Assembly: GCA_041483895.1 (NCBI GenBank) | Contig: JBGPGO010000007.1 | Location: 146,582-210,581 of the forward strand | Length of the DNA: 64,000 nt | Reading direction: 5' to 3' | Origin: Fimbriimonadia bacterium | GTDB taxonomy: Bacteria > Armatimonadota > Fimbriimonadia > Fimbriimonadales > JABRVX01 | In this document: positions 1 to 8,924 of the stretch, piece by piece | Position numbering within the stretch: position 1 is the stretch's first letter | How the letters are laid out: each line of letters starts with the position of its first letter | The notes under the pieces: generated by a model | The model's database searches: none | What the model was told of the DNA's origin: nothing | What the model saw: only the letters and a program-made list of their open reading frames with translations | Position numbers and translations under genes: made by a program

Positions 1-1
1 C

Positions 2-202
2 GGCTGCGCAACGGCGGACTTCAATCAAATCAACGGAGATGCGGACGGCAACAATCAGGTCGCCCTCCCGGACCTCAACCAACTGTTCATCAACTTCGCT
101 TCCACCACCGAACCCGGTTCGGATCTGGATGGAAGCGGACAAGTGGACCTGGGAGACATCAATGCCGTCTTCCTGAACTTTGCCATGGTTGGAGCGCCTT
201 AG
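2..202 (+). CDS. 3' end of a protein with a dockerin-like tandem Ca-binding (DxDGxxxVxLxD) C-terminal domain; partial
   Basis: Manual translation in frame 2 gives ...INGDADGNNQVALPDLNQLFINFASTTEPGSDLDGSGQVDLGDINAVFLNFAMVGAP*, with stop TAG at 200-202. Confidence 0.75.
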   Translation, partial: GCATADFNQINGDADGNNQVALPDLNQLFINFASTTEPGSDLDGSGQVDLGDINAVFLNFAMVGAP

Positions 203-227
203 GCGTCACCATACTTCGCTAGTGACT

Positions 228-264
228 AGCCCCCGGCCATGAAGCAATGGCTGGGGGCTTTCTT
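228..264. terminator. Intrinsic terminator hairpin between convergent genes
   Basis: AGCCCCCGGCCAT-gaagca-ATGGCTGGGGGCT followed by TTCTT. Confidence 0.6.
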
Positions 265-328
265 GAGCCTGGAATACGAACGAACCCCGGCGGATACCGC
301 CGGGGTCGTCGGACCGGACGCTGCGAAT

Positions 329-1075
329 CTAGAATGGAAGGGAATTACAGAATGTGTCGAGCCAGGGAATCGATGTCGGCGAGCCGTTGATATCGTAGAC
401 CCATTGGCCGCGCGTGTATTGCCACATGTTTTCCGCATTATCCGGCTGGCAGGTCAGTCGGAGAGGGATGTTTTTCGAGTGGCCATCCATGAAGAGTGTG
501 ACCATGGAGCGATCATCACGGCGGCCGCCACCCCAGTTCGGGATGTTCCAACCGCCTTTTCCGTTGTAGAGATACTCAATCCATGGACCGTAGTCCGGGT
601 ACACGTCCTTGTTTTCCGCAACGACAATCGCTTTCGCCGGTTCGTGGACGGACCGAGCGGTGTAATTGGCCACGTCCTGCCAATTCCCGGTTTTGAAGAA
701 CGGTCTGTAGTAAAAGTAACCGCGATAGAAGCGTGGTTTTACCGGGTTTGTCATAACGGCTTGCTCATCGAAGATGCGCGCGCCCGGATTCAGAGGATCC
801 TTGAAAACTTCGGCGCTTTTCGCGTACGGCTGCAAACCGTGCTTCCAACTCCGGCGCCCGTCATCGTCTCGGATCTTGAACATGACGCCGTTCTGATCGT
901 CCACGTACATCTGAATTGCGGTGCCGATCTGCTTCATGTTCGAGATGGTAACTGTTCCCATCGCGGAAACCCGCGCGCTGGCAAACACTGGGAAAAGAAT
1001 GGCTGCCAGAATGGCAATGATAGCGATTACCACGAGAAGCTCGATGAGAGTAAAGGCCTTTTTATTCAATTTCAT
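329..1075 (-). CDS. Prepilin-type N-terminal cleavage/methylation domain protein (DUF1559-like)
   Basis: N-terminus KKAFTLIELLVVIAIIAILAAILFPVFA, then SNMKQIGTAIQMY and a C-terminal LFMDGH motif. Confidence 0.9.
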   Translation of the reverse strand: MKLNKKAFTLIELLVVIAIIAILAAILFPVFASARVSAMGTVTISNMKQIGTAIQMYVDDQNGVMFKIRDDDGRRSWKHGLQPYAKSAEVFKDPLNPGARIFDEQAVMTNPVKPRFYRGYFYYRPFFKTGNWQDVANYTARSVHEPAKAIVVAENKDVYPDYGPWIEYLYNGKGGWNIPNWGGGRRDDRSMVTLFMDGHSKNIPLRLTCQPDNAENMWQYTRGQWVYDINGSPTSIPWLDTFCNSLPF

Positions 1076-1091
1076 TCGATCACCTCAAGAC

Positions 1092-2126
1092 TTAGCTTGT
1101 ATAAAGTTCGGGACGGCTGGTCGAGCCCCGCACGTCAATCGCGAGCGGGAAGACGACCTGCAAGTGGTCTACGGGTTGTTTATGAACAATCGAGGCCAGC
1201 AGGATGGTTGCCCGCCTCGCCATATCTCGAATCGGTTGACGAATACTGGTTAGTTTCGGGTCGACCCGATCGCATGAATCCGTGCTGTCAAACCCCACGA
1301 TTGACACGTCCTTGGGAACCGCCAGACCCAGTTCGCACAGTAGCCGCAGGCAGTTGAACGCCACGTCATCGGACCAGACAAAAAGCGCCGTCGGTCGGTC
1401 CTTGCGGTTCATCAAATCGATGAGCGCCCCAGTGTTCGAAGAAGGGGTTTCCATCGTGACAACCATCTCCGGATCGAACGGCAACGACGCCTCCTCAAGG
1501 GCGCTTCGAAAGCCATGCAGGCGATCCGTGGAACTCCGCGACCCGTGCGGTCCCCGAATCATACCAAGCCGCTTGTGCCCAAGTGAAATCAAGTGTTCGG
1601 CCGCCAGCCGGCCGCCAGAATAGTTATCGGCATCCACAAAGGGTACGTCCGGATCGTCGGTCCGCGTGAAAAACAGAACGCTCGGAAACTTGCGGTTCAA
1701 CAGGTCCAGCTGTGTTTGATCGTCGACGTCTCGCAGAACCAAAGCGCCGTCCACACGGCCATCGGAGATCACATCGGCTTCGCTCCCCGCGCCGTTTACG
1801 GCTTTCGTGTGGAGCAGCAGGTCCATCCCAGTCTCCACGCATCCCTCGCACACGCCGTGCATCGCCTCGGCAATGAAATTCGACCACGATGAAAAGTAGG
1901 TGGCATACTGAAAAACGACGGCGATCGTATCGGTCTTCTGTTTCAAAAGCATCTTTGCCAACGCGTTGGGCCGATAGCCTAACTCGCGGGCGACCTCAAT
2001 CACCCGTTCTTCCGTGCCGGCACTGATGCGCGCCTCTGTTGCCCTGCCGTTCAGGACGTAGCTGACGGTGACCTTGCTGACCCCGGCAAGGCGTGCCACA
2101 TCCTCAATCGTATTTCTCTTCTCCAT
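1092..2126 (-). CDS. LacI family transcriptional regulator
   Basis: HTH TIEDVARLAGVSKVTVSYVLN, YRPN hinge, and VPKDVSIVGFD...LTSIRQP sugar-binding domain. Confidence 0.95.
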   Translation of the reverse strand: MEKRNTIEDVARLAGVSKVTVSYVLNGRATEARISAGTEERVIEVARELGYRPNALAKMLLKQKTDTIAVVFQYATYFSSWSNFIAEAMHGVCEGCVETGMDLLLHTKAVNGAGSEADVISDGRVDGALVLRDVDDQTQLDLLNRKFPSVLFFTRTDDPDVPFVDADNYSGGRLAAEHLISLGHKRLGMIRGPHGSRSSTDRLHGFRSALEEASLPFDPEMVVTMETPSSNTGALIDLMNRKDRPTALFVWSDDVAFNCLRLLCELGLAVPKDVSIVGFDSTDSCDRVDPKLTSIRQPIRDMARRATILLASIVHKQPVDHLQVVFPLAIDVRGSTSRPELYTS

Positions 2127-2131
2127 CGTTG

Positions 2132-2279
2132 CTGAAACCTTTCACCTAAAGTGTAACATACTGTCGGGTCGTGCCGTTATTCTCTGTAGCGATTCCGAAT
2201 AAACACGTAATTATACCAGGCTATCTCCCGATAGTTACGAGATGGTCCTGGAGCTACAATCAGTGCTGAATGGTTTCAG
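2132..2279. promoter_or_regulatory. Two candidate LacI-type operators in the divergent intergenic region
   Basis: CTGAAACCTTTCAC at 2132-2145 and CTGAATGGTTTCAG at 2266-2279 (reverse complement CTGAAACCATTCAG). Both are near-palindromes and match at 12 of 14 positions. Confidence 0.55.
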
Positions 2280-2295
2280 TTTGGAGAATTGAGCG

Positions 2296-2496
2296 ATGAG
2301 AAAAGAAATTCCAGCGAAAACGATGGCAGTCATCGGCGTTTTGATCGTCGCCGTCTTGGGAATCCTCGTTTGGCAAGTTTTCTTCAAGTCGGGGCCTACG
2401 AGTCCAGCAGAGATCGGAATCGGCGCGCCTGCGCTTCCGGGTGGCGGCACCGTCTCTCCCGGCAGTGGCAGCAACCCGAACGGGTCTGGAAAGTAA
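2296..2496 (+). CDS. Small single-pass membrane protein
   Basis: GGAG RBS, hydrophobic helix AVIGVLIVAVLGILVW and a Gly/Pro-rich tail. Confidence 0.6.
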   Translation: MRKEIPAKTMAVIGVLIVAVLGILVWQVFFKSGPTSPAEIGIGAPALPGGGTVSPGSGSNPNGSGK

Positions 2497-2650
2497 AGCG
2501 AGTCAACCGGCCGTTACTATGGGCTTGGCCCTAGGCTCCTTGGCGGAGAGTCGTTCAATCGAATCTCCCATTCGGTTGGCACGGCACTTAACTTCGTTCG
2601 TCAAAGGTATTGTAGAATGCCGGGTATTGGTTGTAATCAGGGGAGGGGAC

Positions 2651-3664
2651 ATGGACGAGCAGGCTCACTTGGCGCAGTTAGACCAGATTCGACAGCAGTA
2701 TGAGACGCTGCTCGAGGAAGTTCACAAAGTTATCATTGGCCAAGACGATGTTGTCCGCCATCTGGTGAGCGCGCTCTTTGCGAAGGGACATTGTATCGTC
2801 ATTGGCGTGCCCGGCCTTGCGAAAACCCTTCTTGTGAAAACCCTGGCCCAATGCCTTTCCTGGGACTTCAAACGCATTCAGTTCACTCCCGACCTGATGC
2901 CCAGCGACATCATCGGCACGGAGATTCTGGACACCGACCCGGCAAGCGGCGGACGCTCTCTTCGTTTCGTCCGGGGTCCGGTCTTCGCCAATGTCATCCT
3001 CGCTGACGAAATCAACCGCACTCCGCCGAAAACTCAAAGCGCCCTTCTGGAGGCGATGCAGGAGTATGCCGTTACCGTTGCGGGCCACACGATGCCGCTC
3101 GACCCGCCGTTCTTCGTCGTCGCCACGCAAAACCCGATCGAGCAGGAAGGCACCTATCCATTGCCCGAAGCCCAGCTTGACCGGTTTATGTACAGCCTCT
3201 ACATCGATTACCCCACCGCCGAGGAAGAGGAAGCGATCGCCGAAAGCACGACGACGAACGAAGTGCCGGAAGCAGGGACCGTGTTCACCAAGGAGGAACT
3301 GCTGAACGCCCAGCGGTTGGTGCGTGAGATTCCCGTCTCGCCGCACGTAGTCAAATACGCCGTCTCCCTCGCCCGTGCCAGCCGGCCCGGTTCTCCGGAA
3401 GCGCCATCGATGATCAAGAAATACTCGCAATGGGGCGCCGGTCCGCGCGCCGCCCAATACCTGCTGCTGGGAGGCAAGGCATTTGCCGTCATGCAAGGCA
3501 AACCAACGCCGACCGCCGCCGACCTGCGCCAGATCGCCCCGCTGGTTCTGCGCCACCGAATCATCCCCAACTACGCCGCGGTTGCCGACGGAATCACCGC
3601 CGCACACCTCGTCCAGGACCTTTTGCACAATGTGCGGGAGCCCGCGTATGCAACCGAAGGATGA
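2651..3664 (+). CDS. MoxR family AAA+ ATPase
   Basis: GVPGLAKT Walker A, RIQFTPDLMPSDI, LADEINRTPPKTQSALLEAMQE and ATQNPIEQEGTYPLPEAQLDRF. ATG at 2651 follows a GGAGG RBS. Confidence 0.95.
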   Translation: MDEQAHLAQLDQIRQQYETLLEEVHKVIIGQDDVVRHLVSALFAKGHCIVIGVPGLAKTLLVKTLAQCLSWDFKRIQFTPDLMPSDIIGTEILDTDPASGGRSLRFVRGPVFANVILADEINRTPPKTQSALLEAMQEYAVTVAGHTMPLDPPFFVVATQNPIEQEGTYPLPEAQLDRFMYSLYIDYPTAEEEEAIAESTTTNEVPEAGTVFTKEELLNAQRLVREIPVSPHVVKYAVSLARASRPGSPEAPSMIKKYSQWGAGPRAAQYLLLGGKAFAVMQGKPTPTAADLRQIAPLVLRHRIIPNYAAVADGITAAHLVQDLLHNVREPAYATEG

Positions 3665-4583
3665 GATCCCCTCGACTTCGCTCGGGGCAGGTGGCACTGG
3701 GCGGCGCTTCCTCCAACCCGCGGACCTAAAGCGTCTGCAAAATTTGCAGTTCGCCGCGAAATTGATCGTCGAGGGCTATTTCCAGGGCAAGCACCGCTCG
3801 CCCTATTACGACTTCTCTTCAGAATTCGCCGACTATCGCCCCTACACGCCGGGCGACGAAATCCGTGCCATTGATTGGAGGGCCTTCGCGCGCACGGATC
3901 GCTTCTATATCAAGCTGTATCGCAAAGAGACCGACATGAACTGCTGCGTCCTCGTGGACAAGAGCAATTCCATGGCATTTCGCGGCAGCTCGCCCCTTAC
4001 GAAGCTCGAATATGCCAATTTCCTCGCGGCCGCCCTGTCCTATTTAATGATAATGCAGGGGGACAAGACCGGCCTGGCGCTCTGCGACGACAAAATGTCC
4101 GGCTTCGTGCCCGCCGGCGGCACCATGCGAACGCTCCAGCAAATGCTGGTGACATTGGAGCGCGCCACCCCCGGCGGCCCGACGAAGCTCGCGGAAGGCC
4201 TTCGCGTGCTGTTCAGCCTGCTGAAGCGCAAGGGTCTTCTTGTCGTGATCTCCGATTTCCTGGACGACACGAGCGAGGTCTTTTCCGCCCTCAGCATGTT
4301 CGCGCATAAGGGCTTTGCTATCTTGCTCTTTCACGTCCTGACCGATGACGAAATGAATCTTCCGCTGGTCAGCAACGCGTTGTTTCAAGACATGGAATCG
4401 CCCGCGTCCGTTTCCGTGGAGCCGGAACCGATCCGTGCGGCCTATCAGGAGGAGATGCGCGGGTTCATTGCGGAGATGGAATCGAACGCGAAGGCACGCA
4501 GAATGCACTACCAGCTTGCCACGACAGCCGAACCGTATACCAGAGCTCTCGAAGCCTATCTGACGGCAAGGGCCAGGCTATAA
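3648..4583 (+). CDS. DUF58 domain protein
   Basis: G.H.S....SSEFADYRPYTPGDEIRAIDWRAFARTDR, DKSNSM and VVISDF motifs; follows MoxR. Confidence 0.92.
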   Translation: MQPKDEIPSTSLGAGGTGRRFLQPADLKRLQNLQFAAKLIVEGYFQGKHRSPYYDFSSEFADYRPYTPGDEIRAIDWRAFARTDRFYIKLYRKETDMNCCVLVDKSNSMAFRGSSPLTKLEYANFLAAALSYLMIMQGDKTGLALCDDKMSGFVPAGGTMRTLQQMLVTLERATPGGPTKLAEGLRVLFSLLKRKGLLVVISDFLDDTSEVFSALSMFAHKGFAILLFHVLTDDEMNLPLVSNALFQDMESPASVSVEPEPIRAAYQEEMRGFIAEMESNAKARRMHYQLATTAEPYTRALEAYLTARARL

Positions 4584-6713
4584 ATGTTCTCGTTGCTAAA
4601 CGCCGGCCTGTGGCCTTGGATTGCGGCAGCGTCCGTGCCGCTGGTGATCCATTTGTTGACCCGCCGTACTCGCAGACGGATGGACCTGCCGACGGTGAAG
4701 TTTCTGCAGCGCACGCTCGCCCATCAGAGCCGCATCTTTCGCTGGCGGCATTGGCTGCTGCTTGCCCTTCGCACGCTGGCGATTGCCGCGCTGGTTGTGG
4801 CCTTCCTGCGCCCAGCCTTGCTGAGTCCGTTGGCGGCGCAGGGTTTCGAGCGATCCGGCGTGGTTATCGTCCTCGATGTGAGCGAGAGCATGGCCTACTC
4901 GTCCGGTGGTGTGAGCTCGCTGGCGAAAGCGAAAAGCCAGGCGCTCAGCGTTCTGCAAGACTTGCGGGCCGGCGACCATGCGAACATAGTTTTCTGCGGC
5001 GCTCAGCCAACATCCGCCCAGCCGTCGCCAACCACCGACATCGCCGCTCTTCAGACGAGCGTTCGTTCCATGGAAGCGACCGACGAACGGGCAGACGCGG
5101 CGTCGGCAATCAATGTGGCGGTCGAGCAGTTGGGAAAGACAAATAGTCGGGCCAAGCGGCTCTATATCATCTCCGATTTCCAGCGAACCAACTGGTCGGA
5201 TGTCAAGTTTGACGCGGTGCCCGCCGATGCGAGGGTGCTGTTCGTCAGCGTGGATTCGACCGCGCGCCAAAATGCCGGATTGACCGGTCTCAAAATCCGC
5301 CCCTCAACTCCGTGCGTCGGCGAGCCGCTGACGGTGCAGGCCGAGGTATTCAACTCTTCCTCCTCGCCCCGCACGGTGCCGGTCACATTCACCCTATCGG
5401 ATCCCTCGGCTCCGCTCGGGACAGGCAGCCGCAACTTCTCGGACAGCGTTCAGCTCGCCCCCTATTCCAGCGGGAACGTTAGCCTGCCGCTCACCTTCGA
5501 CGCGCCGCAGCGGATGGAGTGCACAGCCACGCTGCCGCAGGACAATCTGGCCGGCGATAACACACGGCGACTCGTCATCGATCTTGGCCGCATGGCAACC
5601 GTTTTGCTGATCACCGACGAGGACACCAACGCCACCACGAGCGCGGCCTACTATCTGGTTCGTGCCCTCCATCCGGACCCCGGTTCGGTCGCCGGCTTCC
5701 GGGTCTTGCCCGTCCATTCGAACGCGGTCAATAACCCGATGCTGAAGGCGGCGGACGCCGTGATGGTTTGCAATGCGCCGAGCATGCCGCCCGTCCAACT
5801 GGAGGTCCTCGCGAAGTATGCGGTCTCCGGCGGCAGCCTGGTCTGGTTTCTGTACGGCGACCGTGTGGCCGAGCAGATCAAGGGGCTGAGCGCCCAGTTG
5901 CCCAAGTCGGAACCCGCGCCGCTACAGGTGGAGGGGATCGCGAACGTCCAAAGCCGGGCCAAGGGATTTGTGACGCTATCCGAGGCGCGATACGAGAGCA
6001 AGCTGCTGAAGGCGTTTCGCGATCTCACTGCGTCAGATCTCGGCCATATCAAGTTCTACAAATTCAGCCTGACGAGCGAGGTGCAGCCGCGCGCTGAATT
6101 GCTGCTGAAATTTGAGGACGGGACGGCGGCGGCGGTCCGGTGCGGGGAGGGCAGCGGCAACCTGTTGCTTCTCAACATGTCCCCCGCGCCGTCCTGGAGC
6201 GACCTTGCAAGGCAACAGATATTTTTGCCGCTCATGCACGAATTTCTTAAAGGAATCCTCGCCAAAGATTCCGGTGCTTTGGAAGCGTTTCCCGGCGGCA
6301 CGGCCTCCACCACGATTGAGCCGACATCCGCCACTCTTACGTGCGTCGATCCGCTTGGACAGGTAGTGCCGGTAACCATGGACAAGACGACCGGCTCCAT
6401 CGTGATCGATCCGGCGCGTCGGGCGGGTATCTACCACTTGACCGCGGGCGCGCAAGAGGTGGCCGCTCTCGCCGTCAACCCGCACCCGGACGAGTCCGAT
6501 CTCCGCTCAATTGATCCGCGCGAACTTGAGTCGCAGCGGGAGAAGTCCCGCTCCTATCTCACCGGCTCGACAGGCAATGACCCGGACGTCAGCGATCTCG
6601 ACAAGGGCACGCCGATCTGGCACTATCTGCTGATATTCGCGATTGCAGCACTGTTCGCGGAGCAGGCCGTTGGCCGCGTGGGCGTGCGATCGCGCAAGGG
6701 GAAGACGGCATGA
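4584..6713 (+). CDS. BatA N-terminal / vWA domain membrane protein
   Basis: VPLVIHLL..R...LPT..FL BatA motif, MIDAS DVSES, IISDFQ and a C-terminal TM helix. Confidence 0.85.
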   Translation: MFSLLNAGLWPWIAAASVPLVIHLLTRRTRRRMDLPTVKFLQRTLAHQSRIFRWRHWLLLALRTLAIAALVVAFLRPALLSPLAAQGFERSGVVIVLDVSESMAYSSGGVSSLAKAKSQALSVLQDLRAGDHANIVFCGAQPTSAQPSPTTDIAALQTSVRSMEATDERADAASAINVAVEQLGKTNSRAKRLYIISDFQRTNWSDVKFDAVPADARVLFVSVDSTARQNAGLTGLKIRPSTPCVGEPLTVQAEVFNSSSSPRTVPVTFTLSDPSAPLGTGSRNFSDSVQLAPYSSGNVSLPLTFDAPQRMECTATLPQDNLAGDNTRRLVIDLGRMATVLLITDEDTNATTSAAYYLVRALHPDPGSVAGFRVLPVHSNAVNNPMLKAADAVMVCNAPSMPPVQLEVLAKYAVSGGSLVWFLYGDRVAEQIKGLSAQLPKSEPAPLQVEGIANVQSRAKGFVTLSEARYESKLLKAFRDLTASDLGHIKFYKFSLTSEVQPRAELLLKFEDGTAAAVRCGEGSGNLLLLNMSPAPSWSDLARQQIFLPLMHEFLKGILAKDSGALEAFPGGTASTTIEPTSATLTCVDPLGQVVPVTMDKTTGSIVIDPARRAGIYHLTAGAQEVAALAVNPHPDESDLRSIDPRELESQREKSRSYLTGSTGNDPDVSDLDKGTPIWHYLLIFAIAALFAEQAVGRVGVRSRKGKTA

Positions 6714-8920
6714 GCTTCTCCCCCATCTTCCCCCTTCTGCAGGTGATCGTATTTGGTTTGATCGCTGTCGGCATTGCGTTTGCGCTGTATCGAAGGGATG
6801 AAAGAGTCGGCCCGCGCTCGCTCGTACTCGCCGTTCTGCGCGCGGTCGCGGTAGCGGGGATCTTCATGCTGCTGCTGAACCCAATTCTCTCGCGCCCGGA
6901 AGACCAGCCGACCGGCAAGCCGCCGCTGATGGTGCTGGTGGATACGTCTCACAGCATGGCGGTCAAGGATGTCGGGACTGGCAGTCGCTTCGATGCGGCA
7001 AAGCGTCAGGTTTTCGACAACCAGCCCCTCCTCCGCGCCCTGTCGCGCAAATACACGCCGATCTTTTTCCGATTGGATTCCGATGCCACGAGACAAGACC
7101 CGACTGCGCTGGATAAGCTGGAGAATCCCGATGGTACGCGGACGTGCATCGGCGAGGGCATCGCGCATGCCCTCAGCGCCGCGGGGGATTCGCGCATGGG
7201 TGGCATCTTGCTGCTTTCCGACGGGCGCAACAACGGCGACCTCAGCCCCGCCGATATCGCCAAGCAGGCCAAAATGCGAAAGTTTCCGGTCTTCACCGTC
7301 TGCCTCGGTCAAAAGTCGAACACGAAAGACGTTGGCGTCGCCGTCCGACGATCGCAGGTGTACGCCGCCCCGGATCAGGAGGTGACGATTGACGCGGACA
7401 TCACCTGCAGCGGATACGGGTCTGCGCAGGCTCAGGTCCAGCTCCTCCGGGACGGCAAGCTGATGGCAAATCGGACGGTGGGGATCAGCGACAGCGCCCA
7501 TTCCAACGTCAGCTTTCCCGTCAAGGAGTCGCAAAAGGGTCTTTATCGGTATTCCATTGTTGTCCAGAAGCTGCCGGGCGAGGTGATTGCCAGCAACAAC
7601 AGGGCCTCCGCCCTTGTCAACGTGCTCAAAGCCAACACCCGAGTCCTGGTCCTCGAAGGCAGGCCGACCTGGGACGCCAAGTTCCTGATCCAGGCGCTCC
7701 ACTCCGATCCGAGCGTGCAATTGGATGCGATCTTCAAGCTGACCGACACTCGGTTCTTTGCGGTGCGCGCCGCCGAGACCGGCGAGACTACCTCCGCAAG
7801 CATGAAGATGCCCACCTCCCCCGCCGAGCTTGCGAAATATGACGTGATCATCATCGGCAAGGGGTTTGAGGAGTTCTTTACCGACGCGACCGCCGATTCG
7901 ATCCGCACCTACGTTACGGAAAGCGGCGGCAATCTAATTTTGTTCCGGGGTAAGGCGGAGGATCGTTCGACGACCCTCGCATCGTTGGAGCCCGTGACAT
8001 GGAGCGACGATCAGGTGCGCGATTTCCGCATGAAGCTGACCGCCGACGGACTCACGAATCCGGCCTTCACATTCAATGGCGAGGGCGATTCTGAAACCAT
8101 TGTCCAGGCCCTCCCGACGCTGATCTCCGCGACAAGGGTGGAGAAGGAGAAGGCGCTCTCGGTGGTCCTTGCCCGCGCAAACGGCGTTGCGAACGCCGGC
8201 CAGCCGAACAAAGAGATGGCGGTGCTGGCGTATCAGGACTTCGGCACGGGTCTCGTGGTTTCACTCATCGGCCAGGGGCTCTGGCGATGGGCTCTGCTAC
8301 CGCCGGAGCTGGCCAAGTACTCGAAATGTTATAGCGATTTTTGGACCCAGCTCATTCGGTGGCTGGTCAGTCGCTCCGACTTCCTGCCGGGCCAAAACGT
8401 CTCGCTGAAAACCGACCACCTGAACTATTCCCCCGGCGAGGCCGTCAACCTGATGGCCTTCGTCCGCGGAAAGAAGCCGGACTCGCTGGCGCCTGTCTCG
8501 ATCACGGGCCCGGACGGCCAGCCGGTGAAGGTGTCGCTCAGCAAGGCGGGCGGCAAACAGGCGGATTTCCTCGGAGTTTTCCGGCCAAAGGCGCCGGGCG
8601 ACTACATCGCGACGCTGGCGACGCAGACCCGGAGCGGGGGCCAGATCACCGTCCCGTTCGCGGTGTTTGAGCGGCGCGAAGAGGACCTGAATACGTCGGC
8701 CGATCCGGGGCTGATGCGACAGATCGCGATGGCCGGCGGCGGCGAAGAGCTGACGCTTGACCAATTGAACGGTCTGCCGGCCAAATTAAAGGAAGCGCAG
8801 GCCCTGCTTGTGACGAAAACGGAGCCGCAAAGCGCCTGGGATCGATGGTGGGTGCTGGCAATCATCCTTGGTATCCTCAGCGCGGAATGGATCCTGCGGC
8901 GAAGAATGGGTATGGTGTAA
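6710..8920 (+). CDS. vWA domain plus glutamine-amidotransferase-like membrane protein
   Basis: DTSHS MIDAS, LLSDGRNN, VLVLEGRPTWDAKFL, LWRW, and C-terminal EWILRRRMG. Confidence 0.8.
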   Translation: MSFSPIFPLLQVIVFGLIAVGIAFALYRRDERVGPRSLVLAVLRAVAVAGIFMLLLNPILSRPEDQPTGKPPLMVLVDTSHSMAVKDVGTGSRFDAAKRQVFDNQPLLRALSRKYTPIFFRLDSDATRQDPTALDKLENPDGTRTCIGEGIAHALSAAGDSRMGGILLLSDGRNNGDLSPADIAKQAKMRKFPVFTVCLGQKSNTKDVGVAVRRSQVYAAPDQEVTIDADITCSGYGSAQAQVQLLRDGKLMANRTVGISDSAHSNVSFPVKESQKGLYRYSIVVQKLPGEVIASNNRASALVNVLKANTRVLVLEGRPTWDAKFLIQALHSDPSVQLDAIFKLTDTRFFAVRAAETGETTSASMKMPTSPAELAKYDVIIIGKGFEEFFTDATADSIRTYVTESGGNLILFRGKAEDRSTTLASLEPVTWSDDQVRDFRMKLTADGLTNPAFTFNGEGDSETIVQALPTLISATRVEKEKALSVVLARANGVANAGQPNKEMAVLAYQDFGTGLVVSLIGQGLWRWALLPPELAKYSKCYSDFWTQLIRWLVSRSDFLPGQNVSLKTDHLNYSPGEAVNLMAFVRGKKPDSLAPVSITGPDGQPVKVSLSKAGGKQADFLGVFRPKAPGDYIATLATQTRSGGQITVPFAVFERREEDLNTSADPGLMRQIAMAGGGEELTLDQLNGLPAKLKEAQALLVTKTEPQSAWDRWWVLAIILGILSAEWILRRRMGMV

Positions 8921-8924
8921 TGCA

